Shown: one piece after another, positions 15,440-24,758 of the stretch
Layout: each line of letters starts with the position of its first letter
How positions within the stretch are numbered: position 1 is the stretch's first letter
Position numbers and translations under genes: made by a program
From: Deltaproteobacteria bacterium
GTDB taxonomy: Bacteria > Desulfobacterota > Desulfobacteria > Desulfobacterales > SpSt-501
Assembly (NCBI GenBank): GCA_016219005.1
Contig: JACRCN010000054.1
Coordinates: 17,519 to 81,518 of the forward strand
DNA: 64,000 nucleotides
Direction: 5' to 3'
The notes under the pieces: model-generated
Told to the model about the DNA's origin: nothing
Seen by the model: the letters and a program-made list of their open reading frames with translations, nothing else
Databases searched by the model: none

Positions 15440-16732
15440 ATGAATGCTATCCTCCAGCACTTGAGAGCGAATCACCTGGCCGGGCGGCGCGGCGGCCTGT
15501 ACGCCGTTTGTTCGGCGCGCCGCGAGGTGATCGAAGCGGCGATGGCATTGGCCCGGGACCACGGTGAGCCCCTTCTGGTGGAGGCTACGGCCAACCAGGT
15601 CAACCAATTCGGCGGCTACACCGGGATGACGCCCTCGGAGTTTGCGTCCGGCCTCCTATCCATCGCCGCCGCTCTGGGATTGCCCCGCAAAGACCTGCTT
15701 TTGGGAGCCGACCACTTGGGGCCTTACGCGTGGAGAAAAGAGCCGGCCGCGGCGGCCATGGCCAAGGCGGCTGAACTGGCCCGCCGATGCGTGGAAGCCG
15801 GTTTCCACAAACTGCACCTGGACGCCGCTTGCGGGTGCCGCGACGACCCGCCGCAGGGCCTTGCCCTGGAAATCGCCGCCGAGCGCACGGCGACCTTGTG
15901 CCAGGCTGCCGAAACAGCCGCCGAGCGTCTGCCCGGCCGCCGGCAGAGGCCTTATTATGTCATCGGGGCCGAGGTCCCGATTCCGGGAGGCACCTTGGAG
16001 AACCCGGAGAACATTCAGGTCACGCAGCCAGAGGACGTGGCGGAGTTCATTGCGCTGGCTGAATCGCGATTCCAGAAAGTCGCCCTGTCCGGTGCGTGGG
16101 AGCGGCTGCTCGCGGTGATCGTCCAACCCGGTGTTGAGTTCGGAAATCTCGGCGTCGCCCGCTATGTGCCCGCGAAGGCCCGTGCGCTCTCGGCGTTTCA
16201 TCGGAACCTGCCGGGGATCATGACCTACGAGATTCACTCCACCGACTACCAGACGCCCGCGTCACTGGCACGCATGGTTGCGGATCATTTCACCCTGCTC
16301 AAGGCCGGACCCTGTTTGACCGACGCCTTCCGCGAAGCGGTGTTCTCCCTGGAAGAGATTGAAGCCGAGCGCCTAAAATCCAGGCGGGATGCCGTTGCGT
16401 CCGATCTGCGCCGGGTCATGGAGCGGTTGATGCTGCAACACCCGGTGCATTGGCCGTCCCATTATCGCGGCACCGAAGAAGAGTGCCGCCGCATGCGTCT
16501 TTCCAGCCGGCTCGACCGGATCCGCTACTACTGGGGATATCCGGAGGCGCAGGCGGCCCTCGACCGCCTGCACCGGAACCTTGCGCCCTCGGTGCCCGCC
16601 GACCTGGTTGAGCGGTACTTTGCGGACCACGCCTCGATCCTATCGTCCGGCGAGCCGGTCCTGAACTCCGCTGAGATCATCCGGCGCCGGATCCAGAAAA
16701 CGCTGCGGCCTTATCTCGACGCCTGCCGATAG
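15440..16732 (+). CDS. GatZ/KbaZ/AgaZ family protein (class II tagatose-bisphosphate aldolase accessory subunit / tagatose-6-P kinase-like)
   Basis: Strong resemblance to GatZ: LVEATANQVNQFGGYTGMTPSEF, LGADHLGP, GFHKLHLDA. Confidence 0.85.
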   Translation: MNAILQHLRANHLAGRRGGLYAVCSARREVIEAAMALARDHGEPLLVEATANQVNQFGGYTGMTPSEFASGLLSIAAALGLPRKDLLLGADHLGPYAWRKEPAAAAMAKAAELARRCVEAGFHKLHLDAACGCRDDPPQGLALEIAAERTATLCQAAETAAERLPGRRQRPYYVIGAEVPIPGGTLENPENIQVTQPEDVAEFIALAESRFQKVALSGAWERLLAVIVQPGVEFGNLGVARYVPAKARALSAFHRNLPGIMTYEIHSTDYQTPASLARMVADHFTLLKAGPCLTDAFREAVFSLEEIEAERLKSRRDAVASDLRRVMERLMLQHPVHWPSHYRGTEEECRRMRLSSRLDRIRYYWGYPEAQAALDRLHRNLAPSVPADLVERYFADHASILSSGEPVLNSAEIIRRRIQKTLRPYLDACR

Positions 16733-19473
16733 GGTGGCAGAATTGTCAGAAACGAGGATTGCCGGGGATCTTTTTCGATGAACCGGCGGATCCACTCCTG
16801 GCCTGAAGGTGACGCCACCACCTCGCCGAAGAGCTTGGCATCGTTTTTCAGACCCTTGCGGAACCCGGCCCGGTAGCCGTATTCGAGCGCCCGGATTGCG
16901 TATCCGGACGCGAACCTGCGCGCGGCAGGAAGATCTTTTACTTCATCCTCTTGCACCTCTCCCGCGGACAGCAGTTCCTGGACCGTGGAGCTCTTCAGCA
17001 AGGATTTCAACTGACCCTTCTGACGCGCGGCCAGCGCATCCCACTCCCTGCACGGTGGTTTTTTCCTGCCTTCGATGAAAGCCCGAGCCGCGCGGAACGC
17101 GACGCGCAGCGCCGTCCCCGGGGGGGCCATCTCATCCACCAGCCCCATCCGGAGGGCCTCTCTGGCGCCGACCGGCTCGCCGTTCACGCTCATTTCGACA
17201 GCTTTGCGGGGACCGACCAGCCGCGGAAGGCGCTGCAGGCCGCCGTAGCCCGGAATGATCCCCAGCTTGATCTCCGGCTGGCCGATCACGGCGTTCTCGG
17301 TCGCGATGCGATAGTGGGCGGACATGCCCAGCTCGTTGCCTCCGCCCAGGGTGAAACCGTCCAGAACGGCGATGACCGGGATCTTGAGATTCTCGATCTC
17401 GGAGAAGAGCCTGAGGACCGACAGCGCAATCTCCTCGATGCGCTGGGCGCTGCGGCCGGCAAACTCCGTCACGTCCGCGCCGGCCACGAAGGCCCGCCCT
17501 GCCCCTCTGAGGATGAGGCCGCGCACCCGCCGGCCTTGAATGCCCCTGCGGGTTCTGAGCTCTGCGACCACCTCCCCCAACCCGCGGATGAGATCGTGGT
17601 TGAGGGCATTCAGGGCCTCGGGTCGGCACAAAGTCAGAATGCCCACCTCGCCTGCCAGGTGGAAATCGACATGGCGCCTTTTTCCGGCGTCGGACCGGAT
17701 CAGGTGCTCGCCCAGATAGCCGTCCTCGAAGGCTGCGATGCTGCGGCCGGCGCGGTCGGCCTGCACCAGCGCAACGCCCTTGGGTTTATCCATTCGTCCG
17801 TCGAGCATTTTCTGCTGGATTTCCGGCAATCCTTCCAGACCGACCACATCCAGATCTGCCTGCTCCATCACCAGCGCCTTCCGGGAGAGCAGCCGGACGA
17901 CATCGCGGGCCTGGGATGAGCGATACATGTGGGAGCCGAGAATGGAGAGATTCGACGAACCGCGGACAACGACAAACCCGCAGGGCATGTCGTCCTGCTC
18001 GGTGAAGTCCCTCAGCAGGAACGTGCTGAAGTGCAGTGTGCTCTGATCGGTCCGCTCCGCAATGAAATCCGGGCTCACCTTCGGCCCGAACACATCCCAC
18101 ACCGCCTTGCCCAGGGCGCGGGCGGAGGCCATGTAATCCCGGCCGTAGGCGGGGTTGGGCCGTCCGGCCTCGGTAAGGGGATCCGGCATGTCCTGCGGCA
18201 GCACGAATCGGTCGCGGTCGATGATCTGGGAGTCGGCGATCCCGAGGGCCTGCATGTCCCGGATGCCCGCCGTCTCCCTGGAGCGCGATGCCACCACAGC
18301 CAGGCGCGCCTGCCGCTCCAGCGCCGCCCGGGCAAAATCCAGCGCGTAGCCGTCGGCGCCCCAGATCAGTCCGTTGCGGCCCGCCGGCAAGCGGATCTCG
18401 GTGAAGATCTCGCGCGGAGTCCGGTTGCGGAAGATGATCTGCTTCTGCCGCATCCAGACCCACCGGGCATCCATGACGAACCGTCGGCCCCCGTAGAAAA
18501 AGCTTTCCTTATACTCGCCTTTCATGCCCCGGCCGGTCGCGCCGAAGAAGGCCAGCCGGCCGTTTTCAGCCAGCACCGACACCAGCAGAGGGAAATTGCG
18601 GCCGCCGGTGTGCTCGAAGATCCTGTCAACGGGTTGACCGTGATTGGCCGCCAGCACGATCTCCCGGAATGGCGCGGTTTTCTCCAGCCACTCATCCGCC
18701 GAAAGATCGGCAGGAACAACCCCGAAGGCGCTTTCCGGGACTCGCCGCCGGTCGATGAAGGCATCGGCGATCCCGCGCTCGATGAGCGCACGGCCGAGCC
18801 CGGCGTTGGAACCCATGAGGATCACGCGAGCCCCCAGCGCCTTGGCGATCTGGGCGCCCGCGAAACTGGTCCCCTTCCCGCCGCCCATCAACAGCACGCT
18901 GTCCCCCGGCGCCACCGCCAGCCGTTCGACCACGGCCCGATAGGCGGTGGCGTAAGTAAGCAGTGTAGCGGCCATACGCTCGGGACTTTGGGACTTGAGC
19001 TCATCCGGCACCGCCAGCGCGCGCTCCTCGTCGACCATGGCGAACTGGGCGTTGAAGCCGTCATGGGTCTCGTAGCCGCGGACGATGTTCCGTCCCGTCC
19101 AGGAATCCAGGATGACCGCCTGCCCGACTTTGACGTTCTTAACGCCGGCGCCGGCGTCCACGACGATGCCGAGAGCGTCGCTGCCGGGCACGTGAACCGT
19201 GCCGGCATCCCCTCTGCCGAACACCGGAACCGGAAGCCCCAGGCTGGCGAAATTGGTGTTGAAATTGGGGCCCGTGGCCAGGACGGCGACGAGGACCCGG
19301 TTGGCGTCCTCCGGGTGCAGGCGAGGCACCGCCACGTCTTCGAGATGGATTGCACGTGAGGGTGGCCCGTAGAGATCTCTTCGAATCGTGAGGGCGTCCA
19401 TCCGCTCCGGGATGGCGGCGGAGACACAGGGAGCCGACCCCAGGGGCCATTTTGAGGCGATCTTTCCTGCCAT
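16711..19473 (-). CDS. Large fusion protein: MDR-type (crotonyl-CoA-reductase-like) oxidoreductase, extra Rossmann-like middle region, C-terminal enoyl-CoA hydratase
   Basis: I start at ATG 19473, preceded by GAGGAGG. The N-terminal part is an MDR zinc-ADH-like fold (GSDALGIVVDAGAGVKNVKVGQAV, LLMGGGKGTSFAGAQIAKALGARVI). The C-terminal part is crotonase-like (FVAGADVTEF, LDGFTLGGGNELGMSAHYRIA, IKLGIIPGYGGLQRL). Confidence 0.8.
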   Translation of the reverse strand: MAGKIASKWPLGSAPCVSAAIPERMDALTIRRDLYGPPSRAIHLEDVAVPRLHPEDANRVLVAVLATGPNFNTNFASLGLPVPVFGRGDAGTVHVPGSDALGIVVDAGAGVKNVKVGQAVILDSWTGRNIVRGYETHDGFNAQFAMVDEERALAVPDELKSQSPERMAATLLTYATAYRAVVERLAVAPGDSVLLMGGGKGTSFAGAQIAKALGARVILMGSNAGLGRALIERGIADAFIDRRRVPESAFGVVPADLSADEWLEKTAPFREIVLAANHGQPVDRIFEHTGGRNFPLLVSVLAENGRLAFFGATGRGMKGEYKESFFYGGRRFVMDARWVWMRQKQIIFRNRTPREIFTEIRLPAGRNGLIWGADGYALDFARAALERQARLAVVASRSRETAGIRDMQALGIADSQIIDRDRFVLPQDMPDPLTEAGRPNPAYGRDYMASARALGKAVWDVFGPKVSPDFIAERTDQSTLHFSTFLLRDFTEQDDMPCGFVVVRGSSNLSILGSHMYRSSQARDVVRLLSRKALVMEQADLDVVGLEGLPEIQQKMLDGRMDKPKGVALVQADRAGRSIAAFEDGYLGEHLIRSDAGKRRHVDFHLAGEVGILTLCRPEALNALNHDLIRGLGEVVAELRTRRGIQGRRVRGLILRGAGRAFVAGADVTEFAGRSAQRIEEIALSVLRLFSEIENLKIPVIAVLDGFTLGGGNELGMSAHYRIATENAVIGQPEIKLGIIPGYGGLQRLPRLVGPRKAVEMSVNGEPVGAREALRMGLVDEMAPPGTALRVAFRAARAFIEGRKKPPCREWDALAARQKGQLKSLLKSSTVQELLSAGEVQEDEVKDLPAARRFASGYAIRALEYGYRAGFRKGLKNDAKLFGEVVASPSGQEWIRRFIEKDPRQSSFLTILPPYRQASR

Positions 19474-19601
19474 AAGAACCTCCTCTGAATGTGGACAAGG
19501 TGTCAGGGGTTGGAGACTCGGACGCAATGAATTAAGAATCCGGCTTCACGCCTGGAGCGAAATTTTCTGCCCCCCTGCCGTATCAATTCTCCCACAGCTC
19601 A

Positions 19602-20519
19602 TTATTCCTGCTCACCCAGGCGCACGTGGGCCAATTGCTCGAACCAGCGCGCCACGTCGGTATGGTCCAAGCCCCTGCCCAACGACGACTGGGCGGCCGC
19701 CCACAGCTCGCGGCAGGCGTTGCAGAACGGGGTCGGAACCTCTAGCTCGCGGGACAGGTCTACCGCGGTGTTCAGGTCCTTGAGCATTAGATCCAGGGAA
19801 AAGCCCGAGGAAAAGGACCTGGATAAGACGTACTTTTCTATTTTATTCTCAGTGCTATTGTTACGGCCGGTGGAGGCATTGAGAATGTCATTCATGACCT
19901 TGGGATCCACACCGAAACGACGCCCCACTAACAAGACCTCGGCCGCCGCGATAAACCCGGCCGCCGATAGCATGTTGTTCAGAGCTTTCACCGCGTGCCC
20001 CGAACCCAGCGGGCCGCTGAAGAAAATACGCTCACCCATTGCCGCAAAAACCGGTCGGCAACGCTCCAGCACTTCCGGGCTGCCACCCGCCATGATGGCC
20101 AGAGTGCCGTCACGGGCCTTGGAAACACCGCCAGAAACCGGTGCGTCCATCAATTGGACGCCCCTTGAAGTCAACCATTTTCCCAATTCTCGGGTGGCCA
20201 AGGGTGACGAAGAACTCATGTCCACCAGAATTGACCCCGGTGCCATGGAGGAGGCCATGCCAACCTTTTCGCCCGACCCCAGGACGACGGCCTGAACTGC
20301 CTTGCTGTCGGGCAGCATCGTGATGATCAACTCGCTCCGCCGGGCCACTTCCGCTGGGCTTTCGCATCCCACCGCCTTATGCTCCGCCATAAACTGCTCC
20401 TTAACCCTGCGGTCGAGGTCATATACCTGCAATGCAAAGCCGGCGGCGGCCAGCCGGCCCGCCATGGGAAAGCCCATTTTACCCAGGCCTACGAAACCTA
20501 TTTGCTGCGGCGTTGGCAT
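19602..20519 (-). CDS. NAD(P)-dependent beta-hydroxyacid dehydrogenase (HIBADH / tartronate-semialdehyde-reductase family)
   Basis: IGFVGLGKMGFPMAGRL Rossmann motif; also DAPVSGG and GSGHAVKALNN. ATG 20519 is preceded by ACAGGAG. The ORF-track start at 20534 is a GTG. Confidence 0.85.
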   Translation of the reverse strand: MPTPQQIGFVGLGKMGFPMAGRLAAAGFALQVYDLDRRVKEQFMAEHKAVGCESPAEVARRSELIITMLPDSKAVQAVVLGSGEKVGMASSMAPGSILVDMSSSSPLATRELGKWLTSRGVQLMDAPVSGGVSKARDGTLAIMAGGSPEVLERCRPVFAAMGERIFFSGPLGSGHAVKALNNMLSAAGFIAAAEVLLVGRRFGVDPKVMNDILNASTGRNNSTENKIEKYVLSRSFSSGFSLDLMLKDLNTAVDLSRELEVPTPFCNACRELWAAAQSSLGRGLDHTDVARWFEQLAHVRLGEQE

Positions 20520-20570
20520 GCGTGCTCCTGTCACTTGATCGCGTTTGGCACGAAAAGCGTATCCGGTTGG

Positions 20571-21470
20571 TTACAAGGCTCCGATTGCGACGAGAGCACG
20601 CCGGACCTCCTCAATGCCGTCCGGTGGCAGCGGGGCCTGGGGTAACAATGGAGCACCCACGGCATAACCCTGAAGCTCGAGGCCCCCCTTGATGCAAGCA
20701 GCGAGGTTGTATTTGGCGAAAGCTTGGTTCAGGGCCCACAGACGTCGTTGAAGGTTCATTGCCGCCTCCCAGGACCCGCGACGGCAGAGTTCATAGAGTT
20801 CAACACTCTGCCGTGGTGCAATGCAAGCTGGCCCGGCCATCCAGCCCACTCCGCCTATCAGCATCACGCACGCCGGAATGTGCGCGGAGGCGGAAAAAAC
20901 TTTCATCCGTTCTCCCACCTGGTTGATGATCGCAAGCAACCGTCCCGTATTGGAGGAGGCATCCTTGATGTAGCCGATGTTCGATATGTGGCTCAGCCGG
21001 TCTATGATGGGCAGGCTCAAATCCGAACGCTGGAAGTTAGGATTCGTGTAAAGCACCAATGGGACAGAAACGGCTTTGGCAATCGCACTGAAGTACGCGA
21101 ACACACCTTCGTCGGATACGGGAAAATAGGACTCAAGGATAGCGAGGATGCCGCTGCAGCCGAGACGTTCGAATTCGCGTGATTGTGCGACGGCATCAGC
21201 AGTAGTGGTCGCAGCGACGCCTGCGATCACCGGAACACGGCCGCGCGCCGAATCGATGACGATTTGCACGATACGCCGGCGTTGCGGCCAGGACAGATAG
21301 GCGAACTCGCCGGTCGAACCTAAGGGAGTCAGGCCATGCACACCCGCTTGGATGAGATCCTCGCAGAGACGCGCAAGGACGTCTGCTTTTATTTCGCCGG
21401 AGGAGTCAATGGGTGAGACGAGATACGGAAAGACGCCATGAAACCCCATTTCAGTCAATGCTGACCTCAC
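20571..21470 (-). CDS. DapA/DHDPS-family pyruvate-dependent class I aldolase/lyase
   Basis: [20 protein letters not shown], and GYIKDASS with the Schiff-base Lys context. The GTG start overlaps the upstream stop (GTGA). An alternative ATG is at 21449. Confidence 0.8.
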   Translation of the reverse strand: MRSALTEMGFHGVFPYLVSPIDSSGEIKADVLARLCEDLIQAGVHGLTPLGSTGEFAYLSWPQRRRIVQIVIDSARGRVPVIAGVAATTTADAVAQSREFERLGCSGILAILESYFPVSDEGVFAYFSAIAKAVSVPLVLYTNPNFQRSDLSLPIIDRLSHISNIGYIKDASSNTGRLLAIINQVGERMKVFSASAHIPACVMLIGGVGWMAGPACIAPRQSVELYELCRRGSWEAAMNLQRRLWALNQAFAKYNLAACIKGGLELQGYAVGAPLLPQAPLPPDGIEEVRRALVAIGAL

Positions 21471-23119
21471 TTTTCGATCAACGGCCGCGCGGGTTCGATT
21501 GGCCCGGCATCGATGGACCCGTCGCCTTTTGGGATGGGTTTAAACTGCCAGATATTTTCACCACCGGGGGAAAGACGGACCTGAAGGTGTCCCTGCCACT
21601 GCGCATCGTTCTGGCCCGGGAAGTCTTCCCTGAAATGGGCTCCCCGGCTCTCGCGACGCATTAAGGCGGCTTCGAGAATAAGCGTCGCCACCCCTGCCGC
21701 GGAACGAAGTTCGATCAAATCGAGCAACGCTTTACCGTTTAACCTGGATTTGGATGATGGCGCTGGTGTTTCATTTTGAATGTCCTTCACGGCGTCCAGC
21801 GCCCGGGAGAGCCCCCTTTCCTCCCTAATAATCCCTCCGTCCTCCCACATTATCTTTCTGAGGCGGTCTTTATGCTCAACTCCGATAGGCGTGCCGCTTG
21901 ACCATTTGCGGGCCCTTTCACGCAACGCCTTCACGAGGGCCTGACGGTCGCCACCACCCGAGCGCTTTGCCCAAGCAGCCGCTGCGCTTCCCGCTCTGGC
22001 CCCAAAGACGAGCGTCTCGCTCAATGCGTTTCCTCCCATCCGGTTGGCTCCGTGCAGCCCCCCCGCCGCCTCGCCGGCCGCGAAGAGTCCCGGCACCGTG
22101 GTGGCCCCCGTGGCATCAATTCTCGCGCCCCCCATGCTGTGATGGGCCGCCGGCGCTACGCGCACAGGTCGGCTGCCGGCCGCATAGCGCTCCGAGAGCA
22201 AGCCTCTCAAGGAAACAGCGAATGGGTCAACCCGCCAGTCTTCTTCGGACAGGTTGCGGAGGTCCAGCCAGACATTCTTATGGTTTCGGTAAATCTCTTT
22301 GAAAAGTGCCTGAGAAAGGCGGTCTCTTGCCCTCTCGCCGGCCGGACGTTCCGTAATCCCGTATTTTTCCAGGATATCTTCTTTGTCGTCATTGAGGAGT
22401 CGACCGCGGTCCGCTAATCTCGGGGGGATCACGAGCGGTGTCGTACCGGGATCGGATAGGCATAGCGGATAAAACTGGATGAATTCCATGTCCTGAAGCA
22501 TGGCCCCGGCCTCTAAAGCCAACCGGTAACCCTCACCGAGAATCCGTCTGGGGTTATCGGTACGGAGGTAGAGCGCGGATGCTCCGCCCGCCGCCATGAT
22601 GACGGCCCCGGCCGTAAGAGCAACCCAGTTGCCCGACGACTTCTCATAGGCGTTCACTCCGCCGGCGTCATGGCTGACTAAAACGTCCGTGACCATCAGG
22701 TTGCCCCAAAAACGAGTGCCAAGCGCTTCATTTCTTCTCAAAAGACAGCGAACGATCTCCTCTCCGGGCACCGGAGAGCGGCCCTTGGCGTAGAGATATC
22801 CATTTAAAAAATCCGCATGAATCCCCCAGCGCATGAGTTCATCCAACCGGCAAGGTGCCTCCTCGACCAGAATCGCGGCGAGGTTACTCTCATTCAGACC
22901 CCTGCCGGCTGTAAGGGTATGCTCCAGATGGGTGTCGCGTATTTCCCCGCCTGGACTGCCGGCCATCACGCCGGCACTGAAACCGGTGCATGTGGATTTG
23001 CCGGGACTACCCTTCGATACCACGCAGACCGAAAGCCCCGCCGCGCGCACCGATAGGGCCGCGCGCAACCCCGCTGCGCCGCTTCCAATCACGATCACGT
23101 CGAAAGAGACCTGTCGCAT
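21467..23119 (-). CDS. FAD-dependent oxidoreductase of the L-aspartate oxidase / fumarate reductase flavoprotein family (no covalent-His motif)
   Basis: [16 protein letters not shown]; HSMGGARID; [14 protein letters not shown]. The position of the SDH covalent-FAD His is [12 protein letters not shown] start at ATG 23119. Confidence 0.75.
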   Translation of the reverse strand: MRQVSFDVIVIGSGAAGLRAALSVRAAGLSVCVVSKGSPGKSTCTGFSAGVMAGSPGGEIRDTHLEHTLTAGRGLNESNLAAILVEEAPCRLDELMRWGIHADFLNGYLYAKGRSPVPGEEIVRCLLRRNEALGTRFWGNLMVTDVLVSHDAGGVNAYEKSSGNWVALTAGAVIMAAGGASALYLRTDNPRRILGEGYRLALEAGAMLQDMEFIQFYPLCLSDPGTTPLVIPPRLADRGRLLNDDKEDILEKYGITERPAGERARDRLSQALFKEIYRNHKNVWLDLRNLSEEDWRVDPFAVSLRGLLSERYAAGSRPVRVAPAAHHSMGGARIDATGATTVPGLFAAGEAAGGLHGANRMGGNALSETLVFGARAGSAAAAWAKRSGGGDRQALVKALRERARKWSSGTPIGVEHKDRLRKIMWEDGGIIREERGLSRALDAVKDIQNETPAPSSKSRLNGKALLDLIELRSAAGVATLILEAALMRRESRGAHFREDFPGQNDAQWQGHLQVRLSPGGENIWQFKPIPKGDGSIDAGPIEPARPLIEK

Positions 23120-23257
23120 ATACTGTCTGCCAATCCCCCAGCGGTGCAAGCCGGATCAGGCCTTCATCGCCAATCGGTCAATTTCATTTCATTGCAGGAG
23201 TGAAACCGAGCTGGCGGTCCATTTCGAGGAAATCCGCAAAGAGCCCGCTCCCTCTGA

Positions 23258-23815
23258 CTATTCCCGGCGGTATCTCATCCGCCCGTCACGGTAAAGGTCG
23301 TTGCCGCGCACATCGCCGACGACGATGGCGGGGAATTCCTCCACTTCCAGTCTTCGAATAGCCTCGGTGCCCAAATCCTCATAGGCCACGACCTCGGCGC
23401 GCTTGATCGTTTTGGATATCAGGGCTCCAGCGCCCCCGGTGGCGGCGAAATAGACCGCTCGGTACCGCTTCATAGCCTCGATTACCGCATCCCCCCGGGC
23501 GCCCTTGCCGATCATGCCCTTGAGGCCCTTTTCGATGAGAATCGGGGCGTACGGGTCCATGCGGTAGCTCGTGGTAGGGCCGGCAGCCCCGATGGGCATG
23601 CCGGGTTGCGGCGGAGTTGGGCCCACATAGTAAATAATTTGCCCGGCGAGGTCCATCGGGAGCGGGCGGTTTTCACGAATCAGCTCCACGAGACGCTTGT
23701 GAGCCGCATCGCGCGCGGAGTAGATGACCCCGCTGATTAGAACCCGGTCGCCTATCGCGAGTTTATCAACCGTATCGTCGGAAAGGGGGGGGTGGATGAC
23801 GACGCTGCCAGGCAT
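23258..23815 (-). CDS. Fe-S type hydro-lyase beta subunit (class I fumarase / tartrate dehydratase / mesaconase family)
   Basis: GVIYSARDAAHKRL, GPTTSYRMDPY, MIGKGARG, YFAATGGAGAL. Confidence 0.85.
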   Translation of the reverse strand: MPGSVVIHPPLSDDTVDKLAIGDRVLISGVIYSARDAAHKRLVELIRENRPLPMDLAGQIIYYVGPTPPQPGMPIGAAGPTTSYRMDPYAPILIEKGLKGMIGKGARGDAVIEAMKRYRAVYFAATGGAGALISKTIKRAEVVAYEDLGTEAIRRLEVEEFPAIVVGDVRGNDLYRDGRMRYRRE

Positions 23816-23834
23816 CGGTTAGCTCCTTGCTGGT

Positions 23835-24680
23835 CTAAATAATGGACTCTTTGTGACGGCCACTGTGGCATTGCAGATTGACGGCCACGGGGATGCTGCC
23901 GATATGAGTCGGGTAGGTTTCGATATGCACATCGAGGGCCGTGATCCGGCCGCCCAACCCTTGGGGGCCGATTCCCAGGTTGTTGATCTCTTTGAGGAGC
24001 TCCAATTCCAATTGGGAGATATCAGGGTTCGGATGGCGATGGCCAATCGGTCGCAGGAGAGATTCTTTGGAGAGAATGGCCGCTTTTTCCATCGTCCCGC
24101 CAATACCGACTCCGACCACAACCGGCGGGCACGGATTGGGTCCTGCGGCGTCGACTCGTCCCACCACGAATTTTTTAATGCCGTCGATTCCATGAGACGG
24201 CGGGAACAAGGCCACCTGGCTCATGTTTTCACTTCCGAAACCCTTGGCTGCCAGCGCCACCTTGATGCGATCTCCGGGAACAATGCGCGTGTGAATCACG
24301 GCCGGCGTATTGTCGCCAAAGTTCTTCCGGGTCAGTGGATCCAGAGTGGAGGCGCGCAGGTACCCGTCCCGATATCCCTGCCGCACTCCCTCGTTCACGG
24401 CTGTTTCGAGGTCTCCTCGCGTTAAATGGACATCCTGACCGATTTCGAGAAAGACTACGACCATGCCGGTGTCCTGACACAAGGGGATGCCTTCGGTCCG
24501 GGCAATATCCGCATTGCGGATCAACTGACGGAAGACGTCCTGGCCGACCGGGGATTCTTCGATGGCGAGCGATGTTTCCAACGCCGCCACCACATCGTCA
24601 CCAAGGATAGTATTGGCTTCGATACAGAGTCGGCGGACGACCTCGGTGATCCTGTCAACGGGAATTTCTCGAACCCCCAT
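23835..24680 (-). CDS. Fe-S type hydro-lyase alpha subunit (class I fumarase family)
   Basis: Motifs: CQDTGMVVVFLEIG, NTPAVIH, GFGSENMS, CPPVVVGVGIGG. I start at ATG 24680 (MGVREIPVD...). Confidence 0.85.
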   Translation of the reverse strand: MGVREIPVDRITEVVRRLCIEANTILGDDVVAALETSLAIEESPVGQDVFRQLIRNADIARTEGIPLCQDTGMVVVFLEIGQDVHLTRGDLETAVNEGVRQGYRDGYLRASTLDPLTRKNFGDNTPAVIHTRIVPGDRIKVALAAKGFGSENMSQVALFPPSHGIDGIKKFVVGRVDAAGPNPCPPVVVGVGIGGTMEKAAILSKESLLRPIGHRHPNPDISQLELELLKEINNLGIGPQGLGGRITALDVHIETYPTHIGSIPVAVNLQCHSGRHKESII

Positions 24681-24758
24681 ATCGATTGTCCTTTTGGCAG
24701 CTCCGCCGGTTTCACGTTCAGACTCGATCGTAGATATGCAACCCGTGATCTTCACGCC

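Noticed and set aside
19825-19875. AT-richer patch inside the HIBADH-family gene
   Set aside because: The encoded segment (GRNNSTENKIEKYVL) aligns with a variable loop of the family, and the compositional shift is mild compared with the pcm patch. It is within normal variation.
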